A DNA stretch of 64,000 nt, taken from contig OZ237768.1 in the NCBI GenBank assembly GCA_965178125.1, positions 620,001 through 684,000 of the forward strand, written 5' to 3'. This DNA comes from Bilabrum cf. latius. Taxonomy: Eukaryota. Positions within the stretch are counted from its first letter, which is position 1. Every line of letters begins with the position of its first letter. The notes below the pieces were generated by a model. It saw nothing but the letters and a program-made list of their open reading frames with translations. It had not been told where the DNA came from and did no database searches. Shown here piece after piece: positions 50,076 to 60,881 of the stretch. Made by a program: the position numbers and the translations under genes.

Positions 50076-51640
50076 ATGGGTGGGGTTTGCTCTTCGCTGA
50101 AGGCGGGAGACGATGCCTCAAGCTCAACTCAAACTCCCAAGGCTGCCCCTGGCGACGCAGGTCTTCGGGCTGATTCAAAGTATAGAGATCCCGCTGGTGA
50201 GCAAGCAACGAGCTGAGGAGGAGACTACGAGTGTCATGACAGCGCAACTGTATGTATCTTCCTTCCCGATGTTTACTAAATTGCAGATGTTGAAACACAG
50301 CGGCATGCGGCCGATCTCGTGTCCGGATTGCCGGAGCTCGGCCTGGCAGTGAGCTGAAGTATCCCCGCAATTGTGTACCATGCCTTGAGCACACAACCAT
50401 TGCCCGTCATATGCCACTGTTTCTCCTAGGTACTTTGCAGGATATGCCCGGGCTGAGTCTTCAACCTGATCATGAGCCGCACCCTATTCGCTCGCCGGGT
50501 ACGCCAGATGCCGACAGCCGGCGGGATCAATTGGCCGATGTCTCGCGCCGACAGCGTGAAGAGCCATCCTAGAAGCGCAAAGCATGGCAGGAACTTCGGA
50601 AAGAACAGATATCGCTGCAGCTGGAACCGCTTCGCCTCCCAGAATTCGATGAACTGTTGGGGCGGCAAGCTACGGACCTTACAGACGATGCTGCGGCTGT
50701 TTCGCGCGGGCAAGACGATGGTAGCGGGGCGATCCAGGCAAGAAAACAGGCGTCATCCGCGAGTATGCTTCTGTCGAAATCATTAGGGACGCGGAGCAAC
50801 GGGGACTGGGGCGAGTGCGAGCAGTCGGCCGGTGGCATGTCGGAGCAAGACACCGGGCTCGAGTCCAGCCCGCAGGAGCAGACTTCCAGGGTACGGGGGG
50901 GACTGGGACTGGGCCTTTCGCAGCACGGAGAAGACGACACACCCATCGCGGAGCTCAGCGAAGAATCGCCTTGGAAGGATAAAGATGATGCTGCGCAGGC
51001 ATGGCCGGAGCCGATGGCGGGGGGCGCACCAACCGCCCCTGCCCCTGCCCCTGCCCCTGCCCCTGCCCCTGACTCTGGTGTTGGCATCGTCAGCAGAGCA
51101 CCTATCATGCAGCCTTCAAGGTGGGCATGGGCCCACGAGGACAGCACGATCGTGGATGGGAAAGGCCAAGAGCGGGCCAAGAGCCACGAGGCCGCCAGGC
51201 GCGGGGAAGCCCGCCCCCCTTCGGAATCGGGCGCTGCCCTCTCTGCACCGCAGGGGCCTCGCCCGGGGGGTGCGCTGCATGCCGCTAGGCCGAGCCAATT
51301 TGCTCCTGGCTCGGCCGTGAAGCCCCCCGGAGCAGGTGGGCCCGGTTAGAGCGAGCATGGCCCGATGGCAGGTCGTGGGGGTGCTGCGGGGACTCGGAGG
51401 TCCTCGCATTCCGGTCCTTCGATGGAAAGCATCGAGGGATTTGCAGGGGACCTCGGCAGCTGCTCTCGCCAGATGTCGCTCCCAGGGCAGCCCAGTGTAT
51501 CCAGCCAGCTGGGCAGCTCGGAGCTGACCCCCACGAGCGGGAGCATCGCCAGCCTGGAGAGAGAGGTGGACAGGCTCAGGGACCTGTACGGCGGGGCGGG
51601 AGGGCACTATGCTGGGCAACCTGCTGATATGACAAGATGA
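50076..51640 (+). CDS. MGGVCS family copy A3 (3 exons)
   Basis: Near-identical to A2, including introns. Confidence 0.65.
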
Positions 51641-51805
51641 ATGTTTACTTGCTTCGATTGAATGCACTGCCTGGCCTGATCATGGTTCGAATGGATAGGT
51701 GCATCACCCAGACATTGCCTGCCTTCAAAAATATGGCGCCTGGATTCGGAGCTTCTGGCGTGGGTCGCCAGAGGCGTTGCACAGTACTACGAGGTCTACA
51801 CAGCC

Positions 51806-53528
51806 ATGGGAGGCGTATGTTTATCGTCAAAGGCTTCTGATATCATAGCTAATGATTAGTGTGGTCGGATTACTCAGCAAAAGGAGCCACATAAAGTACC
51901 GCCGACAGGTTTGGAGTCTGACGAGCACCGCTGCACCGCTGGTAAGGCTTCGCAAGCAAAGCAACCGCTCTGCGTCAGATTTAGTTTTCAGAAGCCTGTA
52001 AACGGTATCAACGCATATTATGCGCCCAAATCGTCCGCAGATACCACAAAGCCAGTCGCTTGTGATGCTGCAGTCGGAGGCATGCCAACGCTCGATGTGG
52101 ACGTAAGGACGAACGCTGCGCTAGCACTCCTTCTAGGGTGTACAATAGTATAACCGCACACTGAGTAGACTTGTCACATTATACTATTTGCAGCAGACGG
52201 TTGGTATGAAACTAGAGCCAGGATACGAGCAAGATGAGGCTTGTGGCGCGCCGCAGGACTCTCAAATCGATCAGGATGAAGACGAGCCGCAGTGCTCTCC
52301 TAAAAGCGAGGATGATAGGTAGAAAAGGCGCACTTTATGGAAGGAGTTGCGAAGAGAATAGATATCGCTCCAACTGGAGCCGTTGCGAATGCCCGAATTC
52401 GATGCAGTGCTTGGCCGTTTGGCGTCCGACTTGACGGACACCACCGAATTGGAGACGGAGGACAGCAATGGAAACCAACCACGCAGGCGAAAGTCGTCCC
52501 GAAAGATTTCATCGGCAAGGACAGAGTCAACTGCTCGCTCCGCAGGTTCACACTTGCACATTGCTTCCTCCGGCTGCCTTTCCACGGGGCTGCCGCCGAA
52601 GCACCTTAGGCTTAGCACTGCATCTGGGCCCGAGGCTAGAAGCGCAGAACCGTTCGAGAGCATGCATGATTTTAAAGAATCCTAGGAAGAACAGGTAGCG
52701 GTGTGGGAAGCGTGGGAAGAGGAGGTGGTTGCGACAACCGGGCCAGAAGGAGATTCGCATGTCATCAATGTCGAATGCGGAGTGCATTCCCCGGAAGAAC
52801 AGACCCCTCGCCAGCCTGAAATGAGTCCTTCTAGATGGAAAGACGATATAACCGCCAGCGCAACTCCACCAGATAGCCTGGTGGGCAAGCAGAGCATTGA
52901 GGAACAAAGAGGGCGGAATGCGGACCGTGCTGGTGCTCGTGCTCCTCCTCCTACGCATGGCTCGAGCCAGGACGCCCGCTCTGCCTCCCCGGTCAAAGAG
53001 CACGCGAAGTCTTGCCACATACCAGCTTCCTAGACCCAGGCAGCAAGCACCGAGCCCACAGCGGACGCGCCCACAGGTGACGGGGATGGGGTCCCTGATG
53101 CAGCCGCAAGCAGCTCCCACCGCGGGATGCAGAAGCGGGTGTCCGAGCTGGAGGCTGCAGGGGGCACTTCTCCGAGTCACGGCAGCTCCAGCGGAAGCAG
53201 AGTGCAGCTCCCCGGCAGCTGCGGCAAGCCCCACGAGTCCCCGCAGGACCGCGTACCCCGCCCCGGGATCCAGGTCCTGTGCGGCAGCCCGGAGCGGGGG
53301 AGCAGCCAGGAGGGCTTGATGATGCTGCCCGGGCACACGAGCATGGCCAGCAGTCTTGCCAGCCAGCTGGGCAGCTCGGAGCTGACCCCCACGAGCGGGA
53401 GCATCGCCAGCCTAGAGAGAGAGGTGGACAGGCTCAGGGACCTGTACGGGAACCAATCGAGCTGCCACAGCCCCGGGCAAGGCAGCACGCCGGCAGAGTC
53501 GAGATTCAGTCGGAGCAAGTACAGCTGA
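51806..53528 (+). CDS. Diverged MGGVC family copy A4 (3 exons)
   Basis: MGGVCLS start with the same GCTG|GT donor. Conserved 'W.ELR.EQISLQLEPLR.PEFD.VLGR.A.DLTD' and C-terminal motif. TGA at 53526-53528. Confidence 0.6.
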
Positions 53529-53820
53529 ATGGTGTGTCGGCTACCCCTGTGGTAGATGCGGCTGGAGTGTCGAGCAGCAGGACCGATCGCCTCGACCCGG
53601 GAGGCTCGCATCGGATGTTTCTGAAAACAGTCCCCGCCATTTACGTGGGATTCAGACCAATACAGTAATTGCTTCCTCTCGAATAGGCCCGGGGCAGCAT
53701 TCAGAAATCCGAATCCAATTTTACAAGCGCTGCGCTGAGGCCAGTCACGACGCCGCTCACTGCAGTACTTCCAACTGTTTATCACAAAGATCGCTTGCTG
53801 GTGTAACGCGCGTGACTTGC

Positions 53821-55524
53821 ATGCACGGATGTCGAATCACTCGGCTATTCCACAAGACGATCATGCGCGGGCGATCCATGCGAACTTGGGCACCAGTGTT
53901 CGCCTCAAGCAGGTACACCGTAGGCCTCCCTGAAAAACACACGTTTCCGATGTAGCGCTATGAACAAGTGCAACACCTCTTGCGAACCCTGCAGCAGTCG
54001 ATGCCTCTTCGAGTTCTCGAGCCTGAAGCTATCGCTGAGGTCGACGTGGCGACTGCACACGACTCAGGCTGGGCCAAACGGTACGTGCAAGGCAATCTAT
54101 CGCACGATGAGCGCAGGGATATTGGCTTTCCGTGGTCGAAGGAGTTCGTGCATCGGACACTAGCGATCACTGGGGCGACTGTGCACGCGCAGGAAGCTAG
54201 CCTGCGGGATGCCGCTCTTGTTGCAGCTTCGGCCGCAGTTCCTGAAGTGAAACAAGCCATACAGCTAGATGCCAGTGACCCGAACCATGGCCCTGGCGTG
54301 TTTGTCGAACGCATCGGTCGCCCCCCTTACCTTCGAGAGCAGCCCGAGCACCTGCTCGACTCGGTTGCTCGCCTCGACGACCCGGAGCAATTCCCCGCCG
54401 GCCTGGGCATGATGGCCTGCAATGCGGCGGGAGGCACGCACCACGCCTTCAGGGACAGGGGGGAAGGGTACTGCATCTTCAACGACATCGCGGTGGCAGT
54501 GGCACTGGGCATGCGCGGCATGGACGCAACGCTGGAGCCAGGCGCCGCGACGAGGTTCCGCATCCGGAGAGGCCGTAGCCTGGAAGAGCAGGGCAGAGCG
54601 TCCGACGTGCTGTGCGAAGTGAACGTTCGCCTGGTTCGCTCGGCGGTGATTGACCTGGACGTGCACCAGGGCAACGGCACGGCCGCCATGCTCTCGCCGG
54701 GGGCACAAGGAGAACAAGGGCACGGCATGCCGGCAGACACGGAGGTGGGACAGGCAGGGCAGTGGGCATAGAACAAGAACAAAGCCGGTAAATCTGGCGT
54801 AGGAAAGAAGAAAGGAGGCGGTGCGTCGGGCGTCACCCCGCGTCCATACGACCTTGAGGCAGGGAGGCACTGGGCGAGAGAAACGTACGGGGACGAAAAT
54901 GGAGGCAGTGGTGCCCCCACCGGGTCTCGGGGGGCTTTCACGGCCTCGCTGCACGGAGACCGGAACTATCCCTGGCGCTCCCGCGTGCTGGGCTCCTTCG
55001 ATCTTGGCCTGCCGGACGATGCGAGCGAGGAACAGTACCTGGACGGTGTGGAGCTGCTGCTGCAGAAAGTGGGGGCCTGGCTGGAGGCCAGCTGGGAGAT
55101 GCAGGCGAGGGAACAACGGGGGGGGATGGGAATGGTCCCTGTGATGCAAGCACGAGGGGGTGCATCGCACGATCGTGCAGGGTACAGCGGGGTCCGGGTC
55201 AGCCGCGCGTCGCCTCCGCAGTCCGGGGGAGGAGCGCCCTGCGTGGACTGCGAGGTCGACTTGGTGCACTACCAGGCGGGGGTCGACCCGTTGAGGCAGG
55301 ATCGGTTGGGGCGGCTCGGTGTGACGAGGACGTGCCTGCACCGCAGGAACGAGATTGTGTTTCGCGCTGTGGAGGGTTGGGGAGTGCCTTGCGTGGTGAG
55401 CATGGGGGGAGGGTACAGCCGGCCGATCGAAGCCTCCGTACGAGCACATGGGGATGTTTTTGCGCAGGCTGGGGTGGCCAACAGGCGCATGGCGGAGGCC
55501 AGGGCACGGACTTTCGGGATCTGA
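53821..55524 (+). CDS. Zn-dependent histone deacetylase-family protein (HDAC11/AcuC-like), possible mitochondrial presequence
   Basis: HTFPM(TAG)RY, GGTHHA, GYCIFNDIAVA, IDLDVHQGNGT, SLHGDRNYPW, YQAGVDPL..DRLGRL and MGGGY in one frame across TAGs at 53953 and 54769. TGA stop. Confidence 0.88.
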
Positions 55525-55645
55525 TCACCAGTCTGGTTTTCGATATCGGTTGCGAGCAATTATTGCAAAACACGTCCTCGATGCAAGTTACTCCCGTAGC
55601 GATCCAACCGCGGATGATCTGCTCGCCTAAAGTCGAGAAATAATC

Positions 55646-57771
55646 ATGTCGTCTAAGAAACGCCTGCTTTCAGAGGATGAAGACTAGGTTGTGCCTCTGC
55701 ACTGGTGAGAATTTTGGCTGCTTCTGCCAGCTACGCGCCGGGCTTCGCATTCGCCATGAGAATCTTTCGGCGTCCGCAAAATATATTGGGTGTTCGGGTA
55801 GTTTATTGTGCCTCGTCCCAGTAATTTGCAGCTCCCAGGGCCATAAATTGAGTTGTATGGTTGCGTTGGACGACAAGCCCCTAGACCATCGTCGCATCCT
55901 CACTGTTTCCTCTCGACTTTTAACGTCGCAGGACTGAGTAGGGGTCGTACAGCGTCGGTCACATCCTGAACGACTTGTGCGCGGCCTGCTGGTTTTCCTA
56001 CCTGCTGATCTATACGTAGAAGGCGGTCGGTCTATCGCCGGTCCAAGCGGGCATCTGCATGTTTTCCGGGCAGATTGCAGACGCGCTGGCCACACCAGCA
56101 GTTGGTGTGCTATCAGACGCAACTAAGGCCTCTGAATCTTGCTTAGCTTTGCGTCTTGGGCGCCGCAAGCTGTGGAACCTTGGTGGAGGCCTCCTCGTGA
56201 TGTTGTGCTACGCTTGCGTGTTCATGGTGCACCTCGGCTGCGACGTGAACTCCGCGCTCAGAACGGCCTACTACGCCATCATGGCCAGCCTCTTCAACGT
56301 GGGCTGGGCCGCCAACCAGGTCTCCCACATGGCCCTGGTCCCCGACCTGGCAGAGGAGAGGGGCATGCAGGTGCGACTCAACTCGATGCGGTACGCAGGC
56401 ACAGTCGCCTCGAACGTGCTCGTGTTCGTCACAGCCACGCTGCTGCTGCGGACCGGAGGCGACGAGGCTGACGAGGACCCTCGGGTGTACAGGCATCTGG
56501 CCATCGTCGTTGAGTGCGTGGGAGTCACGTGCAGTTTGGTGTTCCTGCTGGGCACCCCGGAATGGGGCCACGAGGACGACGACGAGGGCGATCCTGCTTC
56601 AGGGAACAACGGTTTGGCCAAGGCTCTAATGGATGGTAACGAGGGAGCAAGGTACGGCGTGACGGACAGCCCATCGACAGACACGGGGGGAGGCGACACA
56701 GAGAGCGTGGCGGACAGCGTGGTTCCATTCGGGGAGATGAAGGGGTTCCAATCGGGCTCTATAGTCGACAGCGCGGGGGTTGGTGGGGGAGGGGGTTTTG
56801 GGCGCGGGGATGACGAGGAGAAGCACAGGGGCGGTTTCTATTCCGAGTCCTCCTCGGTGGCAGGGTCTGTAAACGCGGGCGACGACGACGACGGGGATCT
56901 CGATATCGAGGAGGGTAAGCGGGACCGGTTTGCGGGTGCACTGCACGATCGCGCACCCGACGCCGTGCTGACGGCGGTGGGCGGGGGCGGCGACGGCCCC
57001 TCTCGGCTGGCGCTGGACTCGTCCAGGGCCGCATCATCCGATGGCAAGGGCACCTCGCTTCGCAGCGCATCGGCAACGTCGGCCAAGAGCGGCAAGAGCA
57101 GCAGCAGCGGCGGGCTCAGGAGGCGGAAGAGCTCCGGGAGGGTCAAGAAGACGTGGAGCTGCTGGTTCAAGGAGCCCACGTTCTACACTGTCGGAGCCAC
57201 GTACATGTGCACGAGGCTGGTGGTGAACACGAGCCAGACGTACATCCCCTTTTACGTGACAGAGACCATGCAGCTGGACGCGGCCTCTATTGCCACAGTG
57301 CCTCTGCTCGTGTACGTGGCTGGCTTTCTCTCCGCTGCCCTCATGCAGTGGGCTAACGCAAAGCTGGGCAGGGGCTGGACCTACAGCCTGTCGGCCGGTC
57401 TATCCGCAGGGGCAGCCACCATGATGCTGGCGCTCCCTGGGCAGCACGCCTGGATCGCGTACGTGCTGGCGCTGCTGCTGGGAGCAGGGAACGCGGGCAT
57501 GATGGTGACGAGCGTATCGCAGGAAGCAGCGCTAGTGGGCGACAATGTGGAATCGGGGGCCTTCGTGTACGGAGCGCTGTCTCTGCTGGACAAGCTCTCG
57601 TGCGGGATCGTGGTGCTGGCGCTGCAGATCCTGCAGCAGCAGCAGAGCGAGGCAGCGCTGCCGCACTTCTTCCGTCTCGCGGTGAGCACGGTGCCTCTGG
57701 CCGCGGCGGTGGTCGGCGTGGTATTCTGCTTCGTGAGCGAGGCGCAGCCGAGGCTGAAGAGGCACGTGTGA
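55646..57771 (+). CDS. MFSD12: MFS transporter, MFSD12-like; exons 55646-55704 and 55932-57771
   Basis: YSVGHILNDLCAACWFSYLL, GQIADA.ATP.VG..SD, FNVGWAA.QVSHMALVP, YMCTRLVVNTSQTYIP, ESGAFVYGALSLLDKLSCG. The first TM helix lies upstream of TAG 56017. GTGAG..CGCAG intron. Confidence 0.85.
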
Positions 57772-58281
57772 GGGCGGTGTGTTGAATGCCTGGTGGTTGG
57801 CTGGTTGGTGTGCAAGCGTGGCTGATGGCTTTGCGAAGGGTTCGGTACGCCGATCCCGCGACACAGCCAGCGGTGCGTTTGTTGTACCAGTCGATCCGGC
57901 CGGTCGGGGGGATGTGTGGTTCGCACACAACTCCATGTGGCGGAGCTAAGCGCAGTACCACACTGACGCCTTTGCTCGCCAAGCCGCCATCCCCGCAAGG
58001 GGGGCAGCGTCTTGTACCTGCCTTCCCTGGGGGTTGCGGCTGCGCGAGCTCATACTTAGTATGGGTATGCCTAGTGTGGTATTTTCGCGGCTTATGGTCA
58101 TACCTGCTACGGATTCTGTTTTGCAATCCATGGATCCATTTCACAGATCTATGGGATAGCTCCTTTTGCCGCAGCTCGACCACCAGGCCATGATTGTACG
58201 GCCGCGCCTGGGAAATATTTATGACTAGATCTAATCAAGCGAGCATTGGCCGGCTGTCGCCGAGCAGTAGTTGCCAAGTAC

Positions 58282-58391
58282 CCGGCGCCGTGAAAGGTCG
58301 GATTTGACCGACCGACCGGTATCGCCGATATCGGTACCATGAGTTCACCTTACCGATTCTCGCGTACCATTCAAGTAATCCTAAAATAATA
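58282..58391 (+). mobile_element. Solo ~110-bp terminal fragment of the piggyBac-like element
   Basis: Near-identical to 18890-~19000, including the TIR; preceded by GTAC (58278-58281). Confidence 0.88.
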
Positions 58392-58392
58392 C

Positions 58393-60693
58393 TCACCGAA
58401 GCATCCGCAATCCTCCTTCAGTGCCTCCGCCTGGCCCAGGACGTGCCCCTCCTGCACCCATCCCTCCCCCATATCCACCTCCAGGTCTCGGGGGTCCTTG
58501 CCCACCTGCCATCGGGACCTACCCATAGGCCGCCCCAGCTCCAGGATGCCCAGCAGGCCCCCTACCAGCCCACCCGGGGCCGCCTTGAGGAGGCCCCCAC
58601 GAGGCAGACGGGCCTGAAGACGATGTAGACGACGCAGCAGTGACCGGCATGCCCATGCCCATGCCCACGGAGCGGAACGACCCGGGGCCGGGAGCCCCAC
58701 GGCTAGGCACACCAGCTGCCGCGGCGGCTGCAGATGCAGGCGGCAGCGAAGGCGCCCCGCCTGCGCCACCAGCCCCGGGCCTACCCCGGATCGTCTCCCC
58801 GCCCAGCCCCTGCAGCACGAAGCCTCCACTCGCCGACCCACCGCTAGCACCACCCGCAGCCGCCCCCGCTCCCATCCCGACCGCTCCGCCCACCATCTCC
58901 GCCGGTTTGGCCATGTCCGCCATCCGGAGCCCCTCAAGGACTGTGGACATCCTCCTGTCGCTGCCCGCGTAATCGTACTGCGACCTCGTCTCGCCGGGGC
59001 GGGGGGGCAGCCACAGCTTGCAGGTGTTGTCGTTGGACCCAGTGGCAAGGACGGACCCAGAGGGGTGCCAGGCCATGGTCCAGATCCCGTTGTCGTGCGC
59101 ATACGGCACAGCTGCGAGGGGGGCTTCCTGCCCGGGGGTCCAGTAGGCCATGGCCCCGTCCATGTGGCCTGTGGCGAGCAGCCGGGGGATGGTGGGGTGC
59201 CACGCCAGGGCCGCAGGGATGGTCCTCTCCATGCGGGCTGTGATCGTGTCCGCGTCCAGCTTGGTGTGACGAGTGATGTGGTCCGGGAGGGGCCGTCGGG
59301 ACCTCGAGATTCCAACGGGCTCTTTGAGTCTCCGGATGTCCGCAAACACGATGGTCCGGTCGTTCGAAGTGGAAGCGATGCTGTACTGGTCCGTGGGGCA
59401 CCAAGCCACTCGGCTGACGTCTTGCGAATGAAAGCTACTGCGCGGGGGCAAGACAGGGGTCGGTGGATAGGCAAGGCAAGCGGAATGGCTTGGGGGCGGG
59501 CCGCCTACAAATGGGAACACAGACGAGAAAACGTTCACACGTGCCAGCAGACCGAGGCATGGCCACAGCGGGCGCTGCCCCGCCCACAAGAGCGAGAGCG
59601 AGAGCGAGCGATAGCCCCGTAACAATGCAAGAAGCACGACGCTCTTTTCTCACGTAATCGCCAGCTGCTTGCTGGTCCTGGGATCCCATAACCGCACGGT
59701 ACAATCGCTGGAGCAGCTCGCCAGCAGCGACATGGTCGGGTGCCACTCGGCGGCGCGGCAGTTGGACCGATGCCCCTCCAGCTGGCTCTCGGGGGCGAAT
59801 TTCCTCAGGTCGACCACCTTGATCATGGCGTCGTCGCTGCACGTGGCAAACTTGTGGCCGCTGGGGCTGAGGCTCACTCCACGGATGGATTCCTTGTGCA
59901 GCTTGGGAAGCGCATTCAGGTACAGGAAACCCGTGGCCTTCCAGAGGCGCACCTCGCCCTGGTCGTCAGCCGTCAGGATAGCGGGATCGCCGGCATCGAA
60001 GGTGGGGTGCACGGCCATGGCACGCACGGAGGCATTGTGCGCGGCCTTGGTCCACTCGTGGTGGAAGGTGCGCCCATTCCAGCGGCACAGCTCGCCGTTC
60101 ATCATGCCGCTGAACAGTCCGCGGCCGTCTGGTGACCAGTGGATGCAGAAAACCTTCGAACGGCTGTGGGAGAGAGCATAGCCAAACATTCGCGTATTTA
60201 TTCTAGACGTGATGTCACAGTGGGGACCTTCTACGCCCGGAGCGCTCATGTGTCGCTTGTACGAAGAGTGCGGGAGGATGGCTCGTTCGTCCGAAGCCGC
60301 TGCTCGGTACGGCGCGTCCTGCTCGCTCGCCAGAACCAAGCAAGTATCATCTTCCCCTCCCCTTCTCTGCGCTGACCGGCCTTGCGCGCCTCCTTGACTT
60401 CCCATGGTACCTTGTCGCGATCCGTATGCTGCACCGGTGCTCGGTCCTCTCGGCCCGCTTTGATAAAATCCTCCCGAAGGTGGTCTAGGTGCACCACCTC
60501 TCATCTGCGCAGGAGAGCCAAACGGTGGGCGGTGCGACCCGCTTGCGCCGTACGAAGCACCAGCCGGTGGTCTGGCGGCAAATTGGGGCGGCCTCCCACC
60601 AGCCGGTCTCGGCCAGCCAGCTCCACCAGGCCTGGGCATGCCCTAGCCATATCCCGAACCATATGAATGGGAAGGGCCTGGGCGGCCTTGCAT
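58393..60693 (-). CDS. WDR33: WD40 pre-mRNA 3'-end processing factor WDR33/Pfs2/FY-like; intron 59438-59653
   Basis: WSPDGRGLFSG..NGELCRWNG.TF, AHNASVRAM, HKESIRGVS.SPSGHKFATCSDD, WHPTMSLLAS, PYAHDNGIWTMAWHPSGSVLATGSNDNTCKLW..PRPGE, and a Gly/Pro-rich tail. TAGs at 60643 and 58519 read through; TGA at 58393-58395. Confidence 0.85.
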
Positions 60694-60881
60694 GTGTTCT
60701 AAATGAGCAACTTTAAGAGATTTGAGGATTGTTTGTGATTCCGAACCCGCCAGCTGCGGCTGGTTCTCATCATGCAACAAAATGCACAATGCCACAATGC
60801 TACAAGCAGCTTGCAGCTGCGTGGCGCGCAAATCAAATAGTTGATTGCAAGACGATGCAGGGCTCCACAAAGCCTTCCGCT

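Larger units (their letters stand above)
43721..53528 (+). repeat. Tandem segmental array (unit ~2.67 kb) of a novel gene family: B1-A1-B2-A2-B3-A3-A4
   Basis: Near-identical blocks offset by 2671-2673 bp (for example 46021/48692/51365). The peptide core SQLGSSELTPTSGSIASLEREV(D/A)RLR(E/D)LYG occurs 7 times. Confidence 0.92.
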
